Assembly (NCBI RefSeq): GCF_009834535.1
Contig: NC_045729.1
Span: 16,492,001 to 16,556,000 of the forward strand
Reading direction: 5' to 3'
Source: Camelus ferus
Lineage: Eukaryota
Length of the DNA: 64,000 nucleotides
Shown here: piece by piece, positions 1 to 11,521 of the stretch
Layout: every line of letters begins with the position of its first letter
How positions within the stretch are numbered: position 1 is the stretch's first letter
The notes under the pieces: model-generated
The model's input: the letters and a program-made list of their open reading frames with translations, nothing else
The model's database searches: none
Told to the model about the DNA's origin: nothing
Program-made: the position numbers and the translations under genes

Positions 1-2436
1 TACCTCTCTCCTGGGGCCTAGAGATCCAGAAAATAAATGAGGATCAGCTACCATGGACTTGAAAAGACCTACATGTCGGACACTGAGCCTAAACCAGGGA
101 CACCATGACACACCCTACCTGATCTCCAAGATTCAGAAAACCTTCCAGACTGGCGGAGCAGAGATGCCGGCACCTAAACAGGACATCTAACCCCTGAGCT
201 TGCCAGCAAACCCAGACTTTTTCTTTACCTCACTCTACCAGGCAGTTGAACCCTGGTCCACACTGGTCTCTTCCTTCCTCTCCTGCTGAAGCCTGGCTCC
301 AGGGGACCAATGCCTTGCCTGGGGCTCCCAGCTGAACCAGGACCCAGTCTGGCAGGGATATTCTCCAGTCGCCACCCTAATGCCTCCCACCCTGACCAAT
401 AACCAAATCCCCACTGAAGCTCCATCAACCTCCAAACTCAAAGCCAACCCCTTTCTAGAACAATCTAGCAACACCTGCTGAGACAGCTAGAACACATACA
501 ACCCAGGAAGAAAACAGGGAAAGACAAGTGTCCACCGTAAATCACAGCTGAAGAAGGGAGTTGGGCTTCTCTTAAACCGAGCAAGTCTCCCAGTGCCTTT
601 GTGACGAAAGTGATGGAGAAGGGAGAGGAGGAAATTGGAGACAAAAACAGTTTTCCCTCAGGTCCAAGCAACAACAGGCATCTTCTTCCTGGAATGAAAA
701 TCTCAGTGGCCTTGAAAAATTCTCTGCCATGAAATGAAAAATAGGACACCATAAGGCAGTTCTCGGTCCCATAGATTGCTCTGTACCACTCCCTAGAAGA
801 CTGTGGATGACAACGTTCATGAACAAATAGAGCATTTCTTATCAAAGAGGTCAAATAAGCGCTCTTTCTACCATAAACCCAATTTGAAGATACTCAAATA
901 CGCCAGAAGTTGGTTAGCAAAGTCAACCAATGGAGGTCTCTTGACTTGGGCGAGAGAAGGCAAGTGTAATAAAATGACAAAAACCCCATTTGGATTATTC
1001 AAGCCATTAAGGAGAGACAGGAGTGGAAAGAGGGAGCCACTGTAGGTAATTAAAAGAAGGGAGATTTCTTTTGATAATGTTGATAATTAAGGAAAAAACC
1101 CTTTCCCTCCTGAGAAAGACAAGGCTTCACCAAGCCATACACTTGATAAACTGGGAGGCATGGGGAGCTCTGCAGTGATTAAACTCCTCTGTTGGAAATA
1201 AAAAAATAAAAGATGCTGAATCCACCAAGGACTGGGAACCCTGGAGCTCTGCTCTGAGCAGTCCTCTTTTAGCTCTGCCAAAGCCAAGCTTTGGAGAAGC
1301 AGCACATTGTTTGAGGCCCAGATCCAAGACTAGCAAACAGAGCAAACCACAAATCACAGTGATGATCCTGAACTGGGCTTTAGATCATGCTGCTACACTC
1401 AGCACTGGCGATGCACTGATGAAGCCTTTCCACTCTGACTTGCAGTTTTCCCTGCCACGAGCTGGTCTGGCTGAACACCCACGGCAGGGCCCAGCAGCAG
1501 CTTGAGGGAGGGGTGGTGAGGGGGGCGGATCCCAACCAGGCAGCTGCCCTCTCAGTTCAGGCCCTGGCCTGGCCTTAGGCTGGTCTCTGCCCGAGGATGA
1601 CACAGGAAGGCAGAAATGCAGGAAGGGAGGTACCGGGTGGAGCCTGCAAAACGTGAGGCATGGTGTGGGTGGCGGCTTTGTCTAACTAGTCAAGAGTGGG
1701 AGCGGGATGGGAAAAGGCCCTAAGAGTCCTCCACGAAGGAAACCATCTCTGAGGGAACACTTTCAAAAGGGTTCCCTCTGGCTGTGTGATGGGCAGGAGA
1801 AAGAGAGGGGGCTGCGGCCATAATTCACCTCAAAGGAGAAACGACTAGAGCTTTCTACCTCTTCTCTCTACCACCAGTGACCCACCTCCCCGCCCCCTGT
1901 CCATATTAACCACGGGTGGAGGCTCTCTAACTCGGCCTTTCTCAGAACCATCCTTCTTCGTGGCCACTTCAGGCTACCAGGCACCTGGGAACTGCAGTAC
2001 CCGCCGCTCCTACCCCAACCGGGCCCAGAACAGCGGGGGGTCGCCCCATCACTCCCACACGAGACTACAAAACCCGGAGAGCCATGCGCGACAGGCAAAG
2101 CCAACTCCCAGCTTTCGCAGAGGTCCACGTGGGAGATGTAGTCCGGCGACCAGCGTGCTCCTCTAGCTCAGAACGGCGGTGAGGGGAGTGAGTGACTACA
2201 ATCCCCACAGTGCTCCACGAGGCCGGGAGCGGGTGAGGCGGGCGCGGTGCCTTCTGGGGGCCGTAGTCACACGACAGCTCCCGCGAATTTAAAGCAACGG
2301 CAAGAGTAGCGTGGGAGACTACAAGTCCCATGGTGCACAGCAGGGAGGCGGTGGCCCAAGCCTTGCAGGCCCCGGCAGAATGACCAAGTCGATGGAAGGA
2401 AGTCGTGCTTGCTGCAGGCGTGGGGAATGGGCTTAC

Positions 2437-2547
2437 CGGTGTGTCGAAGGAGAAGGCGCACTCGTCTTTGTGGACCCGGTCTCCAGCCTTGGGGACCCGA
2501 ATCGTCGGTAAAACTGACAGCAGCGCCTCCTCACTCAGCTCCGCCAT
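2437..2547 (-). CDS. USP5: Ubiquitin carboxyl-terminal hydrolase 5 (isopeptidase T), coding exon 1; rest of gene lies left of the window
   Basis: ATG at 2547; [37 protein letters not shown] (111 nt), then GTAAGC donor; matches the known USP5 N-terminus. Confidence 0.97.
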
Positions 2548-3705
2548 GACACCGGCAGCAGCTCCTCCACACACGGCGACTCCCACCGCTCCTAGTCCCC
2601 CACCCCCTTCCCCTCCGTCCAATGAGCGCTACTGGTTAGGCGCCTGCGCGGAAGGGAAGACGCGCGAGAACGGCAGTTGGACGCAGCCTACCCACTATGC
2701 TCCGCCCTCTGCCCGCCTCTTGACTAACGCCAGTGAAAAGCGCTTCTATTGCAATGGATGGTCGAAAGAACCAATCCCACTCCTCCAGGGCAGAGCGCAC
2801 GTAGAGCAGCGAGGTGGGCCACACAGTTTTGACTGCTGGGACGCTGGGACCCCCTACAGCCCCTTCGCGTGCCTTCCACGGAAGCGCAGAGACTGACGAT
2901 TGTTCAAACTAGTCAATCCCAGAAACTTCCCGGGGGCTCGTCCAATTGGAAATTAGAAGGGCAGTTGTACTCTTAGTATTTGAAAAGCGGCTGTCCAATG
3001 AGGCGAGGTTTGAGAGGGTTAGTGTCGAGTGATTGCTAACTGTCTACCAATAAAGATTACTATCTCGCCTGAGAAGAATCTTCATAACTCTGTCTCCAGC
3101 TGGATCTGTGCAGAATAACGTAATAATTCATGATTCTATTTTTTAATAAAATCATATGATAATGAAACTGAAAGTCTCAAAAGCGAAAACTGGCATTCCG
3201 CAAAAATCTCGCTACGGACAACTCGCAGCACCATATGGAACAAAAGTCCCGTGATGAAGGAGGCGTCTCCCTTGGGCCAGCCAAACCGCTGCCCACTGGC
3301 TCCACGCCCCCATGATGGACGTCCTCTCAGCCCAATGACTTCCTCCACTGGAGGCGGGTCTCACACAGCGGGCCTATAGCAGCCTGCGTCGGCTCAGCCA
3401 ATGGGGCCAAGGCAGGGGCGTGGCGGGAAGTTTGAAACCGCCTAGGGAGCTGAGGATCGAGCTGCTTTGCACCCAAAGGTGGAATTGGGGCCCGGTAAGT
3501 GATTTGAATAAATTGGTGGATAAGTTCGAGGGCCGGGCAGGCCCGGAAGGAGCTGCCCTATCAGCTGTAATAGTCATTATCCCCACAGAGACCTCTGGCC
3601 CAGAGGCCAGGCGGTTCCTCAGCGGGGAACGGGGAAGATCGAGTGGTCTGGAGTCAGGCTGAACGTGGTCGCGGTAAGGGCTGAGACCTGAGTCACTTCT
3701 CACAG
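2548..3705. promoter_or_regulatory. CpG-rich bidirectional promoter region shared by USP5 (-) and CDCA3 (+)
   Basis: Head-to-head genes; high CpG; several CCAAT boxes (about 2617, 2771, 2995, 3047, 3335, 3399); GC boxes. Confidence 0.85.
3422..3437 (+). promoter_or_regulatory. CDCA3: E2F/CDE-like site plus CHR element (GGCGGGAAG TTTGAAA) of CDCA3
   Basis: GGCGGGAA directly followed by TTTGAA, downstream of two CCAAT boxes; classic DREAM/MuvB layout of G2/M genes. Confidence 0.75.
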
Positions 3706-3765
3706 GCATCCCCTCCTCGCCCGGGCCGGGCCCTGCCCCGCCCCATCCTATTACTCCCGGTTGAG

Positions 3766-3885
3766 ATGGGCTCAGCCAAGAGCGTCCCAGTCACTCCAGC
3801 GCGGCCGCCGCCGCACAACAAGCTTCTTTCTCGAGTGGCGGACCCCCGTTCACCCACCGCCGGCATCCTGCGCACTCCCATCCAG
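3766..3885 (+). CDS. CDCA3: Cell division cycle-associated protein 3 (Tome-1), coding exon 1
   Basis: MGSAKSVPVTPARPPPHNKLLSRVADPRSPTAGILRTPIQ, GT donor at 3886. Join 3766-3885,4157-4286,4571-4864,5002-5105,5229-5384 = 804 nt, 267 aa. Confidence 0.97.
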
Positions 3886-4156
3886 GTACTCCGGGCCGGG
3901 GTAGGGAAGGCAGCGGCACTGTCTGAATTCTTGGGCCTCTGCCTAACCTGACTGCCTTGATTCTGAAAGACCTCTCACTTCCCACCCTACCCTCACTCCC
4001 CTACTTTGAGGCCTTGTTTTTCACATTCTCAACCAGGGGAAGCAGGCTGGATGTCTGAGGGCTTTGGCAATTCCAGCCTGTAGTATCGGCCTGAGGTTAG
4101 GGACCTGGGAGGGAAGAGTCAGGGCCCAGACTTGTTCTAGCTTTTGGTTCTGACAG

Positions 4157-4286
4157 GTGGAGAGCTCTCCACAGCCAGACCAGCCAGCAGGAGAGAAGCT
4201 GGAGGATCTTAAGCAGACCCAGGACTCAGATCCCCGCTCTCCTACCCTTGGCATTGCACGGACACCTATGAAGACCAGCAGCGGAG
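4157..4286 (+). CDS. CDCA3: CDCA3 coding exon 2
   Basis: AG/GT bounded, 130 nt; VESSPQPDQ...DSDPRSPTLGIARTPMKTSSG. Confidence 0.96.
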
Positions 4287-4570
4287 GTAAGTGTTGGGCT
4301 CAGGTTATTCTGCTCAGGCCGTCACCTAGCACCCTTAGGTGGGGTCAAATGAAGCTATCCTCTCAGGGCACCACTTTAAAGGGGGCTCCATCCTCCTGCT
4401 TTGGACCTGTGTCACTCTTTTCTCAACATTTTGCTCTCTCTCGCCTTGCCTTCTCTCTTCCCAGTCCCTCACCCACGAGGGCATGACTCCTAAGGCTCGT
4501 ATATCTTTTCCTCCTTGCTGAATGATTTGTATCAGAGGGTCACTGTCTCACTTCATTTCTCCCCCGCTAG

Positions 4571-4864
4571 AGCCACCAAGCCCCCTGGTGAAACAGCTGA
4601 GCGACGTATTTGAGACCGAAGACCCCAGATCAGATCTTCCCCCAGAGCCTATTCTGCCCCTGGAGACACCTCCGTCTTCTCAACTGGACTTGCCTTTGGA
4701 CAGCCAGTTTTCCCTTGAGAATCAGATGTCACCTTGGAGTCAGACTGAGCTCCCTTCCAAGCAGGTGTTTTCCAAGGAGGAAACAGGACAGTCTTCAGGA
4801 ACCCCAGTGGGCAGCCAGGGCTCAGACAAGCCCTTGAGAGACCCTGAGACACCTCGATCTCCAG
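4571..4864 (+). CDS. CDCA3: CDCA3 coding exon 3
   Basis: AG/GT bounded, 294 nt; PPSPLVKQLSDVFETEDP...PLRDPETPRSP. Confidence 0.95.
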
Positions 4865-5001
4865 GTACAGAATCTAAGAGCAAGGTATGGGGAAGAGAAA
4901 TTGGGCTAACACTCTGGGATAATGTCCCTGGATGAATGGAGGAGGAATAAACTATAAGCCCCTAATCTTGGCTCCTTGTTTTAACTCCGTCCCAACCCTA
5001 G

Positions 5002-5105
5002 GTTCCATGCGCAGCAGGTGGAAACCAAACAGCAAGGTACTAGGAAGATCTCCTCTCACCATCCTGCAGGATGACAACTCCCCCGGGACTCTGACACCAC
5101 GGCAG
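5002..5105 (+). CDS. CDCA3: CDCA3 coding exon 4
   Basis: AG/GT bounded, 104 nt; SMRSRWKPNSKVLGRSPLTILQDDNSPGTLTPRQ. Confidence 0.95.
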
Positions 5106-5228
5106 GTAAAGGGACACAGGGTGAAAGCTGTTACTAGGAAATCCAACGGAAAGGTGGGAGGCCCTTTCCCCGACTCTTCCCTCCCCTGAACAACCTCCCT
5201 CCCTCAACTTGCACATTGCCTTTTGCAG

Positions 5229-5384
5229 AGTAAGCGGCCTTCTCCCCTGAGTGAAAACGTTAAGGAACTAAAAGGAGGGGCTGTTCTGGGAACTGGACGA
5301 CTTCCAAAAACTGGAGGAAGAGCATGGGAGCAAGGCCAGGGCCAGGACAAGGAAAATCGGCACTTTCCTTTGGTGGAGAACTAG
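5229..5384 (+). CDS. CDCA3: CDCA3 last coding exon with C-terminal KEN box
   Basis: SKRPSPLSENVKEL...QDKENRHFPLVEN*, TAG at 5382-5384. Confidence 0.95.
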   Translation, partial: SKRPSPLSENVKELKGGAVLGTGRLPKTGGRAWEQGQGQDKENRHFPLVEN

Positions 5385-5557
5385 GCCGTGCGTGGCCCCA
5401 GTACTGGGTTCACCAGGGGCTGAGTGACACTCTGTGCCTCTCATCCCTTCTCTCCCTGGGAGACTGGAAAGGCTCGTTTTCCTCAGCCCCTCCTAAACTA
5501 CCAACTCTGGGACTCAGAGCCTCCTTGGCTTTCTTTGTGTTTTATATGTTTCTGTAT

Positions 5558-5563
5558 ATTAAA
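5558..5563 (+). terminator. CDCA3: Probable CDCA3 polyadenylation signal ATTAAA
   Basis: ATTAAA 175 nt after the stop, followed by U-rich sequence. Confidence 0.6.
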
Positions 5564-5799
5564 GGAAGTGATTTTAAATGATGTTTTTAAGTATTATACC
5601 TAAACCTTGTGCTGGGTCTTCTGCATGGAGAAAGACAGTCTGGAGAGGGAGGGTGTTGTGCTCCCTGGCCTGAGTGTCCCCCGCACTGATACCTCTAAGC
5701 CTCTTTTACGTACCTCCCTTAAATCCTGTTGTTCCCCAAGGCACTGTCCTTGACTCTTTCCTTTCTCTCCCTGGGTGTTCACTTCTAGGACTTTAGCTG

Positions 5800-6320
5800 T
5801 CACTCATCTGTATTCTGGTAACGTCCAGGTCTCTCTGCCTAAGCCTGACCTTTATCCAGCTGCCCCACAGGCGCTTCAAAGTCAGCTTGTTTAAAGTTGA
5901 ATTTGTGATCTCCCCAGAGTTATTCCTCCTCCCCCATCCTCCATCCCTGTGAATGACAGCACTAGCCACCTAGTTGCCAAACCCGAACCTTGGCCATCAC
6001 CTTGAATCCTTCCCTCGGACTATCCCTTATCCTCGCACTCAGTCCCTACAATCCCTACATCCTGGTGATTCTGTATCTTTAATCTCTCCCTCATCCCCTC
6101 CCTTGCCCCTCTGTCCTATTGCTCTTGCATTTTCTTGCCACCTGCCTCCTACCTTGTTTCCCTCCATTCCCTCTAGGCTCCCTTCCCTCCATTTTATCCA
6201 CCTGTACTGCTGCTAGGATGATCTTCCAGAGGAGCATCACTGATCACGTTACTACTCTGCTCAAAACTCCCCAGTTGTTCCCCACTGCCCTTAGGATAAA
6301 GTCTAGACTCTGGCTTTTTA
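5800..6320 (+). mobile_element. L2 LINE fragment between convergent CDCA3 and GNB3 3' ends
   Basis: Degenerate L2 3'-region motifs (cactagccacctagttgccaaacccgaaccttggccatcaccttgaatcc). Confidence 0.6.
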
Positions 6321-6610
6321 TAGGCCTTTTATAGTCTGATCCCTTCTCAACATAACCCTCCTGGACAAATACACAGTCACCAAAGGCAGGCGGGTGTGAA
6401 CTGTCGTGCACACCCCACCAGCCACCTTCTCCTCCTAACCCATCTCAGGCCTTCCCCAGGAGGCTTGGGCTTCTGCCTCCACCCTCTCTTCTGCCCACAG
6501 CTAGCTGATCCCCAACCTTTATCATTGCTCCCATAATACTTTGTTATTTAAGTGGGACCTGCATCTTTTGGGGACAGAAGTGAGGTGGGAGGCAAGAATC
6601 ACAGCTACGC

Positions 6611-6616
6611 TTTATT
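6611..6616 (-). terminator. GNB3: GNB3 polyadenylation signal AATAAA
   Basis: TTTATT on + strand, about 475 nt after the GNB3 stop. Confidence 0.75.
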
Positions 6617-7089
6617 GCGAGTGCTTTAGGAGAGAAAAGAAGGTAGACAAAGGAGAAAGCATGAAGAAGGGGGCCAGGACCCTAGTGGTGCCAGAGCCAT
6701 AGTCACGGGGCCGAGCACCCTGTTCCACCTGGGTCTAGACAAAGGTGGTGGCTCTGGGAGAGGGATCCTAGGGCTTAAGGTCTCAGACAGTAAGCCTGGT
6801 AGGCCTGCCAAGGGCGGGGGTTGGGGGTGCATTATCCTTGCTGATTAAGGGAGAAGCTGTCAGGACCATGGAGAGGGGAGGCCATGGGAGGAGATGGGGC
6901 AGTTCCCTGCCCATGTCCCTGATGCTGCCTCCCAAAGGCACACTCCCCATCCTCCCCACTGCCCTCAAAGGGGAAAGCTGGGCGGGAATGGCAGCTGGGG
7001 TCTTAGAAGAGAAAATCTTAAAGAAATTGGGCAAGGCAGGGCCAGCTGAGTGTCTTCATGGCCTTTTACCTCCCCCTCCTCCAGCCTCC

Positions 7090-7239
<150 letters not shown>

Positions 7240-7986
7240 TCACACACAGGAGCCCTAGGTTAGGTAGGCGGGGTGTGGGACTCCAGCCCCCAGAGAAAGA
7301 GGATTAGCCCTAAGGGGCAGGCTTTCTCTGGAGGCCAATCTCTGTGCCTGAGAACCTGGGGTGGGGGAGGGGCGGGGAGGGACTGGGAGGTGTCACTGAG
7401 CTGGGAGAAAAAGCAAGGGCACCTTGATGGGCATTAGAAAACAGGGAGGGTTTCCAAATAGAAACTGAGGCCCAGAGAGAAGTGACTTGGCCAAGGGCGC
7501 TCAGAAAGAAAACAACAGAATTAAGGTTTGGATCCTGACTCTCTGGCCAGCATTACCTTCATTCAGCACCTGGCCTCTCCCAAAAGAAGAAGCCACACTC
7601 CCTGATTCAACCTCAGACCAGGCCAGTCCCCAAGAATCACCCAGCTTTGGGCCAGAGCCCTCAGGTCACTCACGATCCCCTTGATCCTGTCATTGCAGTG
7701 TCCCTGAGATTGCCCTTCCCTTCAAGGGATGCCCCTGGAACCCAGAACTGACTGGACATTCAGGGTCCACAGGTCTGGGGATGACGGGAGGGGCCCCTCG
7801 GGCGGGGAGCAGCTATGGCATTGGGCAGTGGAGAAAGGCCACTTAGAGCAACTTTTCTTTGAAAGGAGATGGTTCTAGGTTGGGAACCAAGGGGGACTGG
7901 ATTCTAGGGGTAGAGCTCAGAGTCAGTCACCCAGTAGTCAGGGAGCAGCAGTAAGAGGGGAGCGGGGGTGGGGGCGGGGGCCTTAC

Positions 7987-8203
7987 CCACGCGCTCACAC
8001 TTCATGGAGTCCCAGACGTTGCAGTTGAAGTCGTCGTAGCCCGCAAAGAGCAGGCGGCCGCTGAGGGAGAAGGCCACGGATGTGATGCCACAGACGATGC
8101 TCTCGTGGGAGTATGTGGTCAGCTCCTGGTCTGCCCGCAGGTCGAACAGGCGGCAGGACGCGTCGTCCGAGCCTGTGCAGATGGCCTCTCCATTGGGGAA
8201 GAA
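7987..8203 (-). CDS. GNB3: GNB3 coding exon 8
   Basis: 217 nt; [28 protein letters not shown]...[14 protein letters not shown]. Confidence 0.98.
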
Positions 8204-8539
8204 CTGGGGGTACAGATGGCCGGGGGTCAGGACTCAGTCCTGGGCAGCCCACTGTCTCTCCTGCCCTCTCCCTGCTCCTGCCCTGGTGGCTCCAGGCCCA
8301 GCTGTTTCCCTTAGCCTCTCTGCTCATCCCTTCCTCGGCCTGCATGGTCGCTGATGTTTATCACCTGCCAGCTGTGGCCGGGGCTCCCCTACACCCTTCA
8401 CTGGCCTTCATTATGTCCACGTTGCAGGGGAGAGCACGGGGCAACTTGCCCAGGGTCACCCCACCAGATGGGCGGAGGCTGTCCCAGACTCCAACCACGA
8501 CAGTTGGCTGGATCAGCGTGTAAGTGCAGGGCCAAGTAC

Positions 8540-9135
8540 AAATGTATACCCTGAATCTCATCTTGAGGCAATGTCAGATAAACCCGACGGGGGGGGGGGG
8601 GGACGTCTAAGAAAATTGGTTTGAACTCTTCAAAAATGTCAGTGTCATGAAAGACAGAGAAAGGTCAAAAATGGTTCCTGTTTAAAGGAAACTGAAAAGA
8701 CACGGCAGGGAAATGAGGTGCACATTGCTGGACAGAAAAAGAATTCCTATTTTTGAGGTAATTGGTGAAATTTGAATATAGACTGTAGGCTACAGTATTG
8801 CATTGGTGTTAAATTTCCTGATTTTAAGAAATAGACAGTGGCTGTGTAAAAATGGCCTTGATTTTAAGAAGCAGACACTGAAGAATTTAAGGGGTAAAGA
8901 GGCAGGAGGTCTCCAACTTGCTCTCAAAAGATCCAGGGGAAGAAGTAACAAAATATACCTACACCTCCATCTTGGTGTCTGTCTGTCCATCCCTCCCTCA
9001 CTTCCTCCCTCTCCGTAAAGCAAATGTGAAATGTTAACAGTGGACGTGGGTGAAGGGCAGATGGGAGCTGTTTGTTACTCTTGCAACTTTTCTGTAAGGT
9101 GAAATTATTTCAAAGGGGAAAATTAAAGGGAAAGG
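8540..9135 (+). mobile_element. Ancient L1 (L1MC/L1ME-type) 3' fragment in GNB3 intron
   Basis: AT-rich L1M 3'-end motifs (cttcaaaaatgtcagtgtcatgaaagac...ggtgaaatttgaatatagactgtagg). Confidence 0.65.
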
Positions 9136-9222
9136 GGCAGGGGGCCTAAGGGAGTGGATACAGGACGGGGTGCTGGGGGTGGGAGGCGGTCCCGGGAGGT
9201 GGAGCACAGAGATGGGGCTCAC

Positions 9223-9424
9223 GCAGATAGCGTTGATGTCGGACTCATGGCCAGTGAAAGTCTGCCGGCAGGTCCCCTCCCGCACATCCCAGAGCTTGGC
9301 GCTGGCGTCACAGGCCCCCGAAATGAAGAGTTTGAAGTCAGGAGACACGGCCAGGCTCATGCAGTCCCCCGTGTGTCCCACAAACACAGTCTTCTGCTGT
9401 CCCGTCTCAATGTCCCACAGAGCA
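9223..9424 (-). CDS. GNB3: GNB3 coding exon 7
   Basis: 202 nt; [29 protein letters not shown]...[10 protein letters not shown] (WD40 repeats). Confidence 0.98.
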
Positions 9425-9510
9425 CTGAGGGGGGAGGGGAGGCTGTCACAGAGAAAGGCCAGCACAGAAGTGCCTCCCAAGCCCCAGCGCCCACGGTGTT
9501 CAGTCCTCAC

Positions 9511-9577
9511 CACGTGGTGTCCCCAGAGCTGGTCACAATGTTGTTGTCATCCAGGAAGCGGCAGCAAGAGAGATAAC
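9511..9577 (-). CDS. GNB3: GNB3 coding exon 6
   Basis: 67 nt; [21 protein letters not shown]. Confidence 0.97.
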
Positions 9578-9663
9578 CTGGGGGCGGTTAGGACAGGGCC
9601 TTGGCTAGAGGGCCGCACCCCGCCAGGCCCGGGGCCTCCCTGGACCCTTGGTCTCTCACTCAC

Positions 9664-9826
9664 CTGTGTGAGCAGAGAGCTCCCGGCTGACCTTGACGTT
9701 GCCCTCCCGGGACTTGAGGCTGTAGATGGAACACATGTTGTCCAGCCCCCCACACGCCACGAAGTTCCCTGATGGGGCATAGGCACAGGTCATGACCCAG
9801 GAGGAGCGCAGCGGGATGGCGTGCAC
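9664..9826 (-). CDS. GNB3: GNB3 coding exon 5
   Basis: 163 nt; [35 protein letters not shown]...SRELSAHT. Confidence 0.98.
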
Positions 9827-9896
9827 CTGCAGGAGGCCGTGCGGCAGGGGGCCTGAGCCGAGCTCCCGGTGGGGAGGGCAGAGCAGGGCGGCATCA

Positions 9897-10007
<111 letters not shown>

Positions 10008-10064
10008 TCACCCAAGCCTCCTTCCTCCCTGCCCCCCATCCCCACCACGCCTCTCAAGCCTCAC

Positions 10065-10171
10065 TTGGAGTCGGTGGCCCAGTGCATAGCATATATCTTG
10101 GCCAGGTGTCCCCTTAACGTCCGCCGGGTCCGCATCTGCACTCGTCCTACAACCTCTAGGCCAGACACCAG
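10065..10171 (-). CDS. GNB3: GNB3 coding exon 3
   Basis: 107 nt; [35 protein letters not shown]. Confidence 0.97.
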
Positions 10172-10689
10172 CTGCAGGAAAGGGGACATTAGAAATCAGA
10201 GTGAGCAGGGCACATGTCCACATGTCAGTGTTACAGCCACTGATCTGTACAAGTTTCTGTTCCGTGCCAGCCTCCAGGTCAGGCTCCCAGCCTCAGAGAA
10301 CCCAGCCTCTGCCTGGGAGTAGCTTAGACAGATGTGGATGCTGGAGACAGACACAGGCGCGGCCCGGAGCAGGTTGCTAAGGGTCTAACCACCACCTCTT
10401 CTCTGTGGAGGGGATGGATTTCCACCATGTAAATACTCCCACCTTGACTAATTCAAGCTGCCAACACGAGGCCTCTGCACAGGGACTTGGGAAGCGATGC
10501 ACACATTTGGCAAAGCCCAGCCGCTAGGAGCCTGCCCTCACGCACCACTGCAGCACGGCCAGCTCTCACTGGGACCTAGGGCAGCGCCATGGCTCTGCAC
10601 TGCACCTCCGGAACTTTGTGGTCCTATGCCCCTTAAACTCCATCCAGCTTCTAGACTTAGGCTGGGGGTCCAGAGACAATAGACTTGAA

Positions 10690-10865
10690 TTTCTATTTAC
10701 TTGTTTTCTCAGGTGAGTTACTTAACCTCTCTGAGCCTGTTTCCTCCTCTGTAAAATGAGGTTTCTAGCACCTACCTTAGGGGATTGCCACGAAAATTAA
10801 ATAAAATTATATATTTAAGTAACTTAGCTCAGTGTCTGGCTCAATTTCAGTAAATATTTACTCAT
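10690..10865 (+). mobile_element. MIR SINE
   Basis: MIR core gttacttaacctctctgagcctgtttcctcctctgtaaaatg. Confidence 0.75.
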
Positions 10866-10879
10866 TATTAACATTTCAT

Positions 10880-11160
10880 CCAATTTGAGGTGCTACCAAC
10901 TCTAAGAAGCATGATTCTTTTAGGGGTCACTGAGAAAGAAAAACCCTGCCAACGATAGTTGTGAGGCATCACTAATTGTTGGAGGCATCTTTGTTTTGTT
11001 TTGTTTTGTTTTTTGATGGAGGTACTGAGGATTGAACCCAGGACCTTGTGAATGCTGAGCACATGCTCTACCACCGAGCTATACCCTCCAGTGGATGCAT
11101 CTTGATTTCCGAAATGTCAAAATGTGAAAACATGCATCTTAGAACCGCCAAACTGCAGTA
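10880..11160. mobile_element. Old DNA transposon remnant (MER104/Tc2-like), interrupted by a SINE
   Basis: Terminal-like motif aaatgtgaaaacatgcatcttagaacc; family assigned from memory. Confidence 0.4.
10992..11090 (-). mobile_element. Camelid tRNA-derived SINE (Vic-1-like)
   Basis: Reverse strand GGAGGGTATAGCTCGGTGGTAGAGCATGTGCTCAGCATTCACAAGGTCCTGGGTTCAATCC with (AAAAC)n tail; imperfect TSD ggaggcatctt/ggatgcatctt. Confidence 0.85.
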
Positions 11161-11482
11161 TTAGACAACTAGTAATGAGAACCTCCAGGGGCTTTCTGAT
11201 TTACAAGTCACTGCCCCCTCCTCATCCTCACCACCCTGCGAGGGGGTGATCACTCTTGTTTTACGGACGGAGATAGGACGGCATCTTCCTCCTTGGTCTC
11301 TGACGTGGTGCCCGGCCCAGAGCAGACCTCACAGGATGCTTACTGAATGAATTAATAAATGTCATTCCTCATTCCAAGGACGTGCTGTTCTAGAGCTTGG
11401 GCACCAGGCTGTGGCTGCTCAGGGAGATCCCATCCCTCCCTTCGCATCCCCTCCAGCCCTGTCGGGGGATAGGAGAGCTCAC

Positions 11483-11521
11483 CTCTGCCAGAGTAATGTC
11501 AGCACAGGCTTTTCTGGCATC
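11483..11521 (-). CDS. GNB3: GNB3 coding exon 2
   Basis: 39 nt; DARKACADITLAE. Confidence 0.96.

Noticed and set aside
465-1045. 129-aa and 80-aa ORFs in USP5 intron 1 as a nested gene or pseudogene
   Set aside because: No protein family I can recognise and no poly-A or TSD; USP5 exon 2 is not in the window. A BLASTX/Dfam search would settle it
3674-3705. Second strong donor (GTAAGG at 3674) as an extra CDCA3 5' UTR intron
   Set aside because: Only 32 nt to the acceptor, too short; the donor at 3495 (211-nt intron) is more plausible
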